From positions 1-64,000 of the forward strand of contig RSEE01000113.1 in assembly GCA_003971905.1 (NCBI GenBank): a DNA stretch of 64,000 nt. The letters are read 5' to 3'. Below are positions 24,501 to 36,000 of the stretch, one piece after another. The DNA comes from Moniliella sp. 'wahieum'. Lineage: Eukaryota. Each line of letters begins with the position of its first letter. Position 1 is the stretch's first letter. Both the position numbers and the translations under genes were made by a program. Under the pieces are notes generated by a model. The model made no database searches and was not told the DNA's origin. It was given only the letters and a program-made list of their open reading frames with translations.

Positions 24501-26077
24501 CGGGGGCGACGGTCGATGCGCTACAGACGCACTGGACACAAGCTTACCGTCGCCCGTTCCTCGTTGCGGCGTGCGAGATGGTACGTGTTCTCCCGCAGCC
24601 CACGACGGACGACGAGGCGCACACGCTCAACATGTGCAGGTGGCACTGCCTCGTTGCTGATACAGTGGACGGCGTGCGGTTCCGTTCCCCACCGCTGGTC
24701 CAGTGGGACGACGAGGCCTGGTCTGCCCCGCTGCCTTTCCCCGTCGCTCCTGGGCTCAACCCCCCGCCCCCTTCCACTGACGCGCAGCCTGCCCTTCCGG
24801 TGGGAGAGGAGCAACAAGCGCAACCCCAGCAAGGGCAACAAGAGCAAGAACAAGAGCAAGAGGCGAGGGCACCACCACCAACATCCTTATCTGTCCGTCC
24901 ACCAGTTGCAGGCGGACGCGGTGCGCCCTCGCCCTTGGCGGTTGCCGAACCCGATTGGGCCACGTGGGTCGGGCGATGCAGTCCTTGGCCCAGCTTCGGA
25001 TGACGCTGTACCGCACCCTGTGGGCGCCGCGCGCATGCCAGGGAGGCGTGCAGCTCAGCGCACTCGGAGCGGGCGTCAAGGCGATCCAGGCGTGGAACAG
25101 GGCCTACTTGTCCAAAGTCGGCGTTCCACCTGCCTGGCCTGACCCCTGCGCCCTCCCCACCGTCTTGCATGCTTGTTGGATGGAAGGCGTGTATGCCCAG
25201 GTGTGGAGTACGCTCCAGACGGTTGTGCAGAAGCATGGTATACTTGGCTTGGTGCCGCCACGCACTCCACTCCCACTCCCACTCCCTCCCACTCCCACTC
25301 CCAGTCCAATACCATTCCTACCACGACGCCCAGTGCTGCTGTTCTGGCCACGGCCTTGTCCAATACTGAACTTCCCACTGAGCTCCAAGCCAATGCCAAT
25401 GTCACTGCCAATACTGAGCCCCCTAGCGCCACCGATAAGGCCCAAGCTGTCCCTCGACGCCCTACTGACACGCGCCGCCACACACTTAGCCTACCGCTGT
25501 GCCACCGTCGCGCGCACCTTGTCCGCCCAAGCGCACTTGCGTCGTGACCCGGGCTTGATGTACGCAGGGTGGGGTGCTGACGGGATTGCGCTTACTCAGT
25601 ACACAGGCCAGCACTATGGCGACCGTTAGCCCCAATTCCAATCCCAATTCCAACCCCTCCAGTGCACCGCATCCGTCTCATCTCAGCACGGACGATTGGC
25701 ACGGCGTGCGCACCGCTTTGACCCACTGTGCTGAAGCGGTACACGAGGTGGATTTATGGGCCGTGGTGTTGGACCACGTACACACGTGGGCACAGACGAT
25801 TCCATCTTCCCCCTCCCCCTCATCTTCCTTCTCGCCCTCTTCCGTCCCTGAGGACGATGGTCCGACGACGTTCCCCAACGGGGGTAGGGGTAGGGGCACA
25901 GAGGGCCGAGCACGGCGGCGCAGCTCCCTAGAAGAAGGAGGAGGCAGATGGGGAGTACGTTGGGCAAAGCCTGTGGCCTCTTTTGGTCGTCTCACGTGCC
26001 CCCCCCCGCGTGTCTCGTCGCCTCCTGTCCACTCGGCAGTCTCGTTGGGGCCGGTTAATGGGGAAGCAGCATTATGA
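21516..26077 (+). CDS. Zn(II)2Cys6 fungal transcription factor with middle homology region
   Basis: ACDLCRHRKVRC (22447-22482) ... ACKLCSSRGMQCTF (22744-22785). Then ALDSYFVHVH..PLFSRAQI..FLAVVLLWGARFS and LNMCRWHCLVADTVDGVRFRSPPLV, typical of the Fungal_trans region. Several indels. Confidence 0.8.
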
Positions 26078-28509
26078 CCGATCCAATTGCGCCATCCCCC
26101 ACCTCTTCCCCCCCAAACCCACAGGACCATGAAGTCCCGCCAAGCTCATTCTGGCTTGTCTATGCCTCTTCAATCCCCTCCCACCCTCGGACTGGGTAGC
26201 TCCTTTTCATCCTCTTCCCCTTCCCCTCCTGTGTACCTCACCACCCTGTTCATTTGTCTGTCTATGGTACTGTGGCGCCTGTGGCTCTCCGTCTCGTGGC
26301 TTAACCCTGATCCCTTCCTCCCTCTTCTTCTTTCATTTTCCTGTTCCTTCTCCTTATCCTTCTCGCTTCGGTGGTCTTCCGTTCCTCTCCCCCCTGTGAT
26401 TGGCGTGGCTTATTTCGTATGACTGTTTATCATCGTCTGTGTTGGCTGCAGTAGCCTATCTCTGTGCCTTGATCGGCCTTCACTTCTCGTTCTTCCGGTG
26501 TCATAATTCCTCATTTCCTCGGATCCTTTCCTCAGATCCTTTCCTCAGATCCTTTCCTCTCGGTCGATCGCGCCGTTCCCTCCCTGCAGGCAGATAACAC
26601 CCTACCTACTTACCTGTCTATATCTATGATATGTGTTCCCTGCCTCCGCCTTCACCTCCATTGTAGTTCGTGTCATTCAACTCTTCGTTTGCGTGCGCAT
26701 CCCAATTGGTGTTGGGTGGGTTAGTTGTGAAATGGGCGAGAGGGTGGGGGGATTATAGGTTATGGGCTTCTCTTCTGTTGATATAGTTGTCGGGGTGTAT
26801 AGTTATGATGGGAGGATCTTGCCTCCGGCTTAAGAACCATTACATTGTGACGTTCTCTTGCATCGATCGCGCAGCCAGACCATCCAAATGCCATGGTTAG
26901 ATGGCATGTGAGCATGTGAGCACGAATGGCGATGCCGGCTGGATATGTGTGGTAGTCAGAGGCCTCGTATCTTTTGTTCCTTGATTGGTCACAGATATAT
27001 AGAGATGAGATGATCAATGGTCAATGTTGGCTGGTACATAAACTAAAGGCGCTTCTTTTTGGTCCACCGCGGTCCAGCGACTTGGTCGGAGCTACTGGGT
27101 GCGCGTATGTTGGGCGACTGGCTGGCTGAGGATACTGTGCCAGTACACAGAGTCCTGAGTGTGTACTGGAGTACGGAGTGCGCGCGCGCGAGTCGCGACG
27201 CCTGCGGCCTGCAGACGAGCGCCGAACAGTGCCCATGGTGGTGGGGCATATATAGGGCACCCGCCCACGTGACCCACTGCCGTGACCTAACCGCGTGGCC
27301 CAACTCTCCTGTTCGCACACATGCCGCCTACTGCCGTGTCCTGTGCTCCAGCCTGCTCTCCGGCCCTTGTCTCCCGTACGTCACACGGAGGGTGTGACAT
27401 GTGACGACGTTGGCGCCTCTCCTCCGGCCTGGCGGTGCATTGCACTGGGCAGAGAGCCACCACAGACGGGCGATCGTCGATCGGGGCGCGAGGAGCCGCG
27501 AGAATAGGAATCTATTCACTCGATATGGATATGGATAGGGATACGATGCGTCGGTGCAACGTGCACTGCGCACACAGAGTACCAAAAGCGGTGAGTACTG
27601 AGTGGGTACTTCGATCTACTAGCCACGGGGACCCTCTGCCATCACTTGGTACTCATTTGACTATCTTAGCCAGTCACTCCGGACTAGTCACTTCGTCACT
27701 AGTCACTAGTCACTGCTGCAGGAGAGGAGGAGGCAAGTGGCGATTGGTAGGAACTAGGAACGGCAACGCTCAGGCTCGCACCCTCTCTCTGGGAACTCAG
27801 TCTGAGTTCTGAGTCTTGAGACTTTTGAGATCGGACGCCTTGGGGGAAGCCTTGGGAGGAGCGTCGGGATCAGCTTCGGGAGAAGCGTGGAGAAGCCTCG
27901 GGCGAAGCCTGGGAAAGCTGGGGGTTGGGTGCAGTGGGTTGGGTTGGGGCGGAGGGGTTGGATGTTGGACGTTGGACGTTGGAGACGGGGTGGCAGAAGC
28001 GGGAGACTGGGTGGGACAGGGTGGGACAGTGGGGGTGTCTTACTTACGCCGCTCGCCGGCCCGTGTCCCTGACGCGCCCCGTGCGGCCCGATCCCACCGT
28101 CGCACGGGGGCAGTGCTGCTGCGCACCCGCCGCCCAGCGCCGAGCGCCGAGAGCACTGGCGCCGTGCCTTTGTTGCACCCCGGCGCTCAGCGCTCAGCCG
28201 GCTCAGCATCACGCGTCCCCAGACAGGCGCCGTGCCGGCCACGTGGCTAGCGCTCCGCAGGCCGGGCGGCCGCGCCGGTGCAATGCAGCGTCTGCGACCA
28301 GCACGGCACAAACGGCAACCCACACGCCCCGACCGCCGAACCCGCAATCCCCCGGTCCATCCATCCACTCCCTCCGTCCGCGTCGGCCCTTCTCTTGCTC
28401 CTCTTCCTCCACCGCCAGCGCCATCTCCACCACCACCACCACCGCCTCCTCCTCGTCCTCCTCCTCCACCCCCCCTCCACCCGCTCCCCTCTGGTCTCCC
28501 GTGCACACC

Positions 28510-29300
28510 ATGGCCACCCCTGCCTCCACCCCCGCCGCTGCTCCCAGCGTGCGCAAGAACCTCGTGATTGTCATGGTGCGTGTCCTCCCTCCCCCCCCCC
28601 CCCCCCCCCGCCTTCACGCCCGCGCTGGGCCTGCAGCTTTGCTCCCCTCTCCCCGGGCTGCTGCTGACCTGCTCTTGCTGCTCCTCCTCCTTGTCCCCAG
28701 GGCACCTCGGGCTCAGGCAAGTCGACTGTGGGGGAACTGCTGTCCCAGCAACTCCACACATCCTTTATCGATGGCGACAACCTGCACCCGCAATCCAACG
28801 TGGCCAAGATGGCGTCCGGCCATCCGCTCAACGACGATGATCGGGAACCTTGGCTGCTGACCATTCGCGATACCGCGATCAGGAACGAGGCGCACACTGT
28901 GGTGATTGCCTGTTCGGCGCTCAAGCGCATTTACCGCGACCTGCTCCGCGGCGACATTGCCACCCTGGCCCAAGGGCGGGAGCAAGAAAAGTTGCGTTCC
29001 GAGGGCAAGCCGATCCAGCTGACACCCGAACAGCAGCAGGCCGTGGCCCAGAACCACAAGGACCTCAATGTCGCGTTTGTCTACCTCAACGTGGACGAGG
29101 AGGTGTTGCGGGTACGGATGACGTCGCGCAAGGGACACTTTATGGGGGAGAAGATGCTCAAGTCGCAGTTGGCTACGCTCGAGGTGCCCCATGCCGACCA
29201 GGAAGGTGGCATCTTTACCATCAAGGCCGATGCCGAGGACGCGGCGCACGTCGCGACCCATGCCGCGCGTGACCTTCGCGCCGCGTTCCCGTCCATCTAG
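28510..29300 (+). CDS. Gluconokinase (GntK/IdnK family)
   Basis: LVIVM|GTSGSGKSTVG P-loop across intron 28576-28700; FIDGDNLHPQSNVAKMASGHPLNDDDREPWL; VIACSALKRIYRDLLR; RKGHFMGEKMLKSQLATLEVP. Confidence 0.95.
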
Positions 29301-30349
29301 CCTCGTGTCGCTTCGCACCTCCCAAGAGGGGAGGGGCTTTATGCTCTTGTTTATTCAAGTGGGGTGAGCGCGTTCCGTTCCCTTTGTTTTCCCCTCTTCC
29401 CAGTCCGGGATTCCGTTTGCGCCTCCCCACTTGCTTTTCTCTCCCCCCATTTCTTTGGTGGCATCTCCCCTGTCGTCTTGTCTGCCCATGCGCCATTCCT
29501 TGCTAAAAAACCCGACGGGAAGCTCCCCTTTCCTAACTTCCTGCCGTTCCAATGTTTAATCGAGCTACCCATCCGGGACTCCCTCTCCACTTATTCTATT
29601 GTTCTCTTGTCCCTGGTAGTTGATGGCAACGGGTGCCCGGCCGGGCAGGGAGCCTGCGTGGGTGGGGGCATGGTATGGGATGAAGAACGCGACCCGCTGT
29701 GGGGCGGCCCGGGGCTCTCCCGGCTCCGAGCCCCGTATGTCGAAGTCATCTCAGATATCATTAGCGAGGGAGCTAGTCAACGGACAACGTGTTATTGCGT
29801 AATGGTCCATGCTGCGGAGATTCTCTGTGGCCAGCCCATAGGTAGTCGAACGAGCTGAGCGGTACGATGCCTTTGCACCCTCATCCAAACAGTCTTTTGC
29901 CAGGACCGACCTTTTGTCTCCTGCATCCGATTGCGCAGCAGCACCGGCATCACCACCTTGGGAACTACGCACTGCGCGTTCGACTTACATTGGCGCAAGG
30001 CGTAGCATGAGCTTGTTCGTCAGAAGTATGAGAGCACAACGAGAGGGGGAAAGTGTGAACTACTAACATCGAGAGGCCTCTGTTGTGTAGAGGATGTAAT
30101 ATGGGATGATGTTGTCCCTCCCCCCGCCTTCCGTCCTGTTGGATCTGCAGTGATCAGGGGTCAGACTGGTGCGAGGAGGACGACAAGTCGGGGCGATAGA
30201 AAATGGACTGAATCAGCAACCTCTCTATAGCCCAATCTCTACTCCATACAGAAATTCAAAACGGGGTGTGCACCACTCTTTTACATCAGCATCGCGTAAG
30301 CCACCGGGAGCGCAGCCAGCCACGCCAGCCAGCGCGTATCGGTGATATT

Positions 30350-31080
30350 GTTTTCCAGCGTGGATGCCTTCCAGCGTGGAATGGTGGCTACGGTGGCTAC
30401 GGTGGCTAAGGTGGCGACGCAGCATTAAGCTGGGGCGAAGCCCCAGCCGACCGGGCCGTAGGCCCGGTGGTCCTCCTCGTCATTACAATCACCGAACTTG
30501 TCCATGGCAACTGGGATGTGGGTTCCCGCACGAGACAAAAGGTGAGGGAGGTCGGGGACGAGGGAGCAAAGCACCTAGGTGGCCAAGCCTTACCCCTAGA
30601 TGCCCTCGTCCAAACAAACAAGTCGACTGTCCATCACAGGGAGGGGAGAGGTAAAGGTACGGACAAAACGCCATCAGAGTGGTGGCCACCGGTCCGATCG
30701 GGGACCTTTTACTTTTTTCCCCTGCTTTGGAACATCCAGGATCACAGCTTTTGGATCCTGCACGTCGTACCGGGCCATCACACATACTAATGTGTATGTC
30801 TGTTGTGTTCATCCACAGCTGCGTTTCGTCCCCTCCTCCCCTCCCCGCTTTGTATGCTGTTTTCCCATCCCCTCCTGCCCTACACGCTCGTCTCACCAGA
30901 ATGGTGATTCCCTTGCGCTTATTGTTATGGGGGGAGCCCCGAAGTGGGGCCAGCCCCCTGTATATAGTTTAGGGGTATACAAACCCTTGGACGGCCAATC
31001 GGAGCCAGGTACGGTATGTCCGGCTTCAGATCCTGGTCGTCCCGAGGGGGTGTAGAACAAGGCAAGACAGTCCCTCTGAT
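30350..31080 (+). mobile_element. Possible decayed mobile-element segment (hairpin-rich; tentative tyrosine-recombinase retroelement or rolling-circle element relic)
   Basis: Direct repeats plus twin GNA-triloop hairpins at 30353-30468. A short ORF contains DHSFWI, weakly like the HSFRIG box of tyrosine recombinases. Further stacked hairpins at 30929-31075. No intact ORF. Confidence 0.3.
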
Positions 31081-32912
31081 CTATAGGTTGATGGGTGGAT
31101 GTCTACGAGCAAAGGGTCGCAGCCCAAACCCTCCGAGGACAACGCACAGTGTATATGCGTACGTAGGTCCTCCCATCCATTGAAGGGGTCCAGATATACT
31201 CCGGAGCAAAACGTGAGTTAATTGGTCGCTACCACATCATTACCACTCCCTCGACGCCGTAGCAGGCGGAATCAGATGGTGTCCTCTTTTATTCTAACTG
31301 CCTGAAGAGCAATACCCATCACTCAGTGGGAGAGTATAACCGCCGCTTACAGTGTAATCGATGTGAGTCGCAAACTCGCAAGCGTATGAATGGACGTGTG
31401 TGTTGCTTGGAAAAGATGCCTATACGACATGAGTGGTGCTCTATAGATAACCGGAGGAAGAGCACCCAGTAACACATAATAGCTCTTGCGCTCTTCGTCT
31501 TCGGTCTCTATACTTGATACCTGTTTCACCTTTGATGGCTTGCGTCTGTCTTCCGGCCGAGGTTCTAAGATCGTGAACAACAGGGAGACTACAATATGGC
31601 ATGCGAGAGTCTTACTCGTTCCGCGGCCCATGCATGACATGATACGCAACCTTTTTGCTATTATGCCAGCCGAGCAGCCCCAAGTAAGAGACCTCACCTC
31701 GACGTTAGCTCTTTCGGATCTGCCAGTAGTGGACAGCCTCGATCAACCACGAGTCGTGAGCGGTCTGTTTTCATCCAAGAAAAGCAACATTGACGTCGGC
31801 CCCCACAATCCACGATTCGCTCATATCATCATACCACAAACTAGCTATATTAAACCAATCATTAAAAGTACAGTAACCCTCTCTGCTCAGCAACCCTCAT
31901 TGGATTGCTTTTCCTCCACAATATTGGCCTACGTCTCCCAGCAAGTCTGATGGACAACAGAGGCTGAAGGTGATGGTTCCAAGACAGGATGCGGGACTAG
32001 GCCCAGGACAGGAAGAGAAGGAGAAGAAGAAGAAAGAGAAGAAGAAAGAGAAGAAAACGGCTCGGGCGCTAGACCAGTCTGAGGCCCGAGCGAGTCCGAT
32101 CGAATGCGCGTTCAGCGCGTTTGATGCGTGAGAAGGGACCAGGTCAATGTGGCTTAGAGGTGATTGGCCCTCGGACCTCCCGGTCAACACACAACCCCCC
32201 TCCTCCTTCCCTTATTCCTGCCTATCAGAAGGTCACCAACTTCTGTCCGTTGATATATTTGTGGTCGTGTGGGACATAGCGATGATAGCCTGGCTCACCC
32301 CTTGTCCTTCGTTTTCGATCAGCGGGTCGACGACCTCTCACGACGGGCGACCACCAAGAGACAAGCCTCATTCGTGTGTTGACCACCACTGCCCCTGAAC
32401 CCATCGCCTTCAGTGACACGTGGTCCGATGCACACAGTGCACCGGGGCAATGCGTCCCAGACCTTCCACGGGCCTCTTGCTGGCCTCCAAGCTGGAGGCT
32501 ATCACGGCCCATAGGTCTAGCTCTCCGTAGCTCTTGAATACGATCTCTATCCCTCATCGCCAGCATCGCTAGCTGGGCCCATGACATTGTGCGACGGGAT
32601 TGCAGGTAGCTTCACTGCGCTTAACCTCTTTGACGCAGAGGGCACAGATGGCGAGGACGACGACCGCACAGACGACTCTGAGACTGAAGAGTGATTTGGC
32701 GGCTATACATTCCAAAGACCTCTCCATGGCAAGCCGCCAAGTCCATATTGACCCATCGCAATGCAAAAAAGTACCCTCGAAGACGATTGCGCTGCATTCG
32801 ATGTGCTAGAATGAGTAGTAGTATAAAATGTAATACCAATATAGTAACCCACAGGGAGAGCGAGCACAAGAGGATCAGATTCGTCAGATACGTCGCCCAT
32901 GGGCACGTCAAT

Positions 32913-33029
32913 GACGTTTCTGACGTTCAAGGGGGTGACGTCGGCGACATATCTCACGTTCAAGGGGGCGACGTCAAGGACATATCTGACTTTCAGGGTG
33001 GTGACATCGACGACGTCACTGACCTGCAG
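32913..33029. repeat. 33-bp tandem repeat, about 3.5 copies
   Basis: gacgtttctgacgttcaagggggtgacgtcggc / gacatatctcacgttcaagggggcgacgtcaag / gacatatctgactttcagggtggtgacatcgac / gacgtcactgacctgcag. Confidence 0.85.
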
Positions 33030-36000
33030 CGCGCTGACAGAATTGCCTCACCCACGGCAAATTACTCCTCCGATATTTTTGAAGGTATTTTATATCTTAA
33101 ACATAAATGATGTCTTTTCGTGATCCACTGTGTGGCTGCAATGGTACCTCCTCCATCACCTTTTCCATTCGCGTGCCCGTGCCTCGCTTTGCACCCCGAC
33201 TGGCTTGAAACCCACTGGTCCGAACGAGTGCGATCCCAGCATCTGACTTGGCCACCACCAGCAGGGTATGCCTTTTGTGGGATTAAATTGTGCGGGTGCT
33301 ACACTGGTAATATGCGGTTAATGCCATTGCAGAAGAAGCAGTGTTCTTATCTTTGTTCTCTTCTACATATTCCGTGTGGAAGTAGATGCATATAGCTCGA
33401 AAGCGCTGTAGATGTAATTAGGTTTGCCACCCCCCATCCCCACTTATAGCTGCTAAACAAAGGGGAGCCTCAGAGTTTTGCCTTACTGCCTGGCCGTTTT
33501 TATCGCTCGACACCGATGCCACTTATTAGCGTGCTTGCCCAAACTCACAAGAAATCTCAAGGCGCGGCATACTATAATGATATTCACCCCAGACCAGTGT
33601 GAGGGGAAATATACATACGTTATGTTCATCCTTCCGCAGCTACAGGGTTCCTGGTTGTGCGTCTCTTCCTCCGTGTGAGGGGCGATAACTTTATGATGGT
33701 ACGGCTTATAATAGGACATTGGACCGATGTTTCCTCCCTTCAGTGGAGACGGGTTCATTGTATTTTCACCCCGTGATTTATTGGCAGTACTATGGACAGA
33801 CGGACACTGTCTTGATCATATATATCCATCCTCGCACCTACCGTGACCTGCTTCCCTTCACCACAGCTCAAGTCCATCGCGAGACGTGATTGTCGATACC
33901 TACTTCTCTTCTCTGACGTCCCTATCTTCCCCGTTTTAGGTGCAGTTGTGAGCTAGGACGAGGGACGCTAACCTCCAGAAAATTAACGTCGCCCATAGTA
34001 TATGGCTGTCGTGTAGAGCGGAACTACTAAATCGGAGACTTGGAGCAACATGGATGGTGGAGAATGAGCAAGACGCGTTAAGAAGAGAAATTGGAAGTGT
34101 GAGCGAGGCCAGCAGAACTAGCACAACTACCTACCCATCGACACCGATTCCAACATCATTTTTCTCCGACTGAACGAAACATCGTCCCTAATACTGCAGC
34201 CCTCTGTAGTCCCATTCACACTTAGATTCCCTGGCAGACAATCTGCGCTGAAAAGCACTTGCGTTCATCTTTCTCTGCATGTTCTGCTGCTGTGGTTGTT
34301 ATACTCGCTGGATGGCTGGCTCGGCTGGCTCGGGGCATGCTGACCTCATTTAGAACCGGAAGGATAAATGAGGTACCAAGGCCCGCTACGACTGTTCACT
34401 CCCGTAAGTCCCTATGAAGATTTGTTGGCCATGCCCCCTTAAAGGATAGGTCAACGTTGATACCAGATACAGACAGCCCTTATTCCCATTGGTATTACTT
34501 TTTTGGTGGTTCCCATCAAACAAAAATACAGGGGTGCGTGTTTGGAAAAAGGTTTCGTTGCAAGGCACTGAATAAACAGGAGGGTTGAGTACACTGAGGG
34601 ACACAGTTCGCTTCCCATTGCTAACTGCACTACAATGAAATAGATGTTATCAATACAAGTATCGCAAAGAGATGCTTAGTTCAGTTTTTTTGCCCGTTCC
34701 AAAGTTCTAAATCAAGTAAATGGACCTAACGTTGACGTCAAAGTCAAGGGTGGTCTTGACACCCATTGTGAATTTGGGGGCCGAATTGGCAAATCCTACT
34801 TTATAGATCACAGCATCTGTCTGGTCTCAACGTCACGTCATTTTGGGGTCCAGGATCCTATACAGCAATGCAACAGTGATCACTCAGCATAAATATGCCA
34901 ACCGGTGTGTCTAACAGTAATCAGCACTGTGTGGGCCATGCAACAAGTGATGGTAGCTCATCAGTTCGCCTCAACACATTGTCTGAATGATGCTTTGGCA
35001 GACGATCCATGGAATCACGAGGTCCGAAGTGGCACCGAAGCACAATGGCCGGATCAACACGGGATGACACTCCAACTCTATGGGACGATGTAGCATAAAC
35101 ATGACGAGCGGCAGGGATTACGAGGTCTAGCTCACGACCGAAGGTGCTATATGCCAACATCGATCTATACAGCATGTCTTTTGACTGTGCTCCATTTTTG
35201 TTCCCATTTCTTTCTCATGTGTATGCATCTTTCTGCGATCTCACGGATGAGGTGTATTCCTCTAAATACTGTAATCATATCACTAACAGCGCTTGAGACT
35301 GGGACCACAACTCCACCTAACCTGAACTGCCCATTCGGCATGTATTGCTGGTTCGCACCGACACCTTTTACAAAACCAAAGTAATGGCAAGCACAACAGG
35401 ACACTCTGGCATCAGCCATCCGTTCCCATAGGCAAGGTAGTGCATGTGGATATGGATAAACACCATAGCCACCCCAGGTGTCATCGTTGAGCCATCTCTA
35501 TTGAGACAGGTATTAAAACTGCCCAGACGCCTTGATCGTGGTCTTGGTGACATGGTATTATCCTCGTGTTGTCATAATCCAAGAGAAGGATCTTGAGCGC
35601 GGTCCTAGCAGATGGCGTTCTCGTCGCATTTAGCTTCTTCGGCTATCAGTTAAAAGTGGCTCTTTGTCGCAGCATTCCAAAGCGATAGTGCTCCTGTGTG
35701 CCACCATCCGAACACAAAACTGGGCTCCCGCATTCTGGAGCCCCGCAACGTGTGGTCCACCTGATGTATCCCTGATCCTCGAAGTAATCGAAATCACATT
35801 TAGTGCATGGTACGCACCGCATTGCTGCCATGCCTCGTCATATCATTTTCTCCCTCAGTCTGTTCGTGGTGGATGTGGATGACGGAAAAGGAGCTCAGGA
35901 GCTGGAGAATGGACACCTACAATGCAGTAAACTTAGACTGGGTGCGGGTGCCAAGTCATGATGTGCTCAAGCGAGGGGATTGCTCCACATTTGCATGGCA

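Noticed and set aside
26087..26700. Hydrophobic ORFs downstream of the Zn-cluster gene
   Set aside because: Products of pyrimidine-rich 3' flanking DNA and a 13-bp repeat, with no gene structure.
28950..29065. ~30-aa insertion in gluconokinase
   Set aside because: It falls in a loop that commonly varies in length among fungal gluconokinases, and the catalytic motifs are intact.
18329..29300. Hydrolase + Zn-cluster TF + gluconokinase as a metabolic gene cluster
   Set aside because: No shared pathway, backbone enzyme or transporter; adjacency alone is not evidence.
32900..33030. SPTSP (Pol II CTD-like) reading on the minus strand
   Set aside because: That frame has a TGA in every unit and lacks the Tyr of YSPTSPS.
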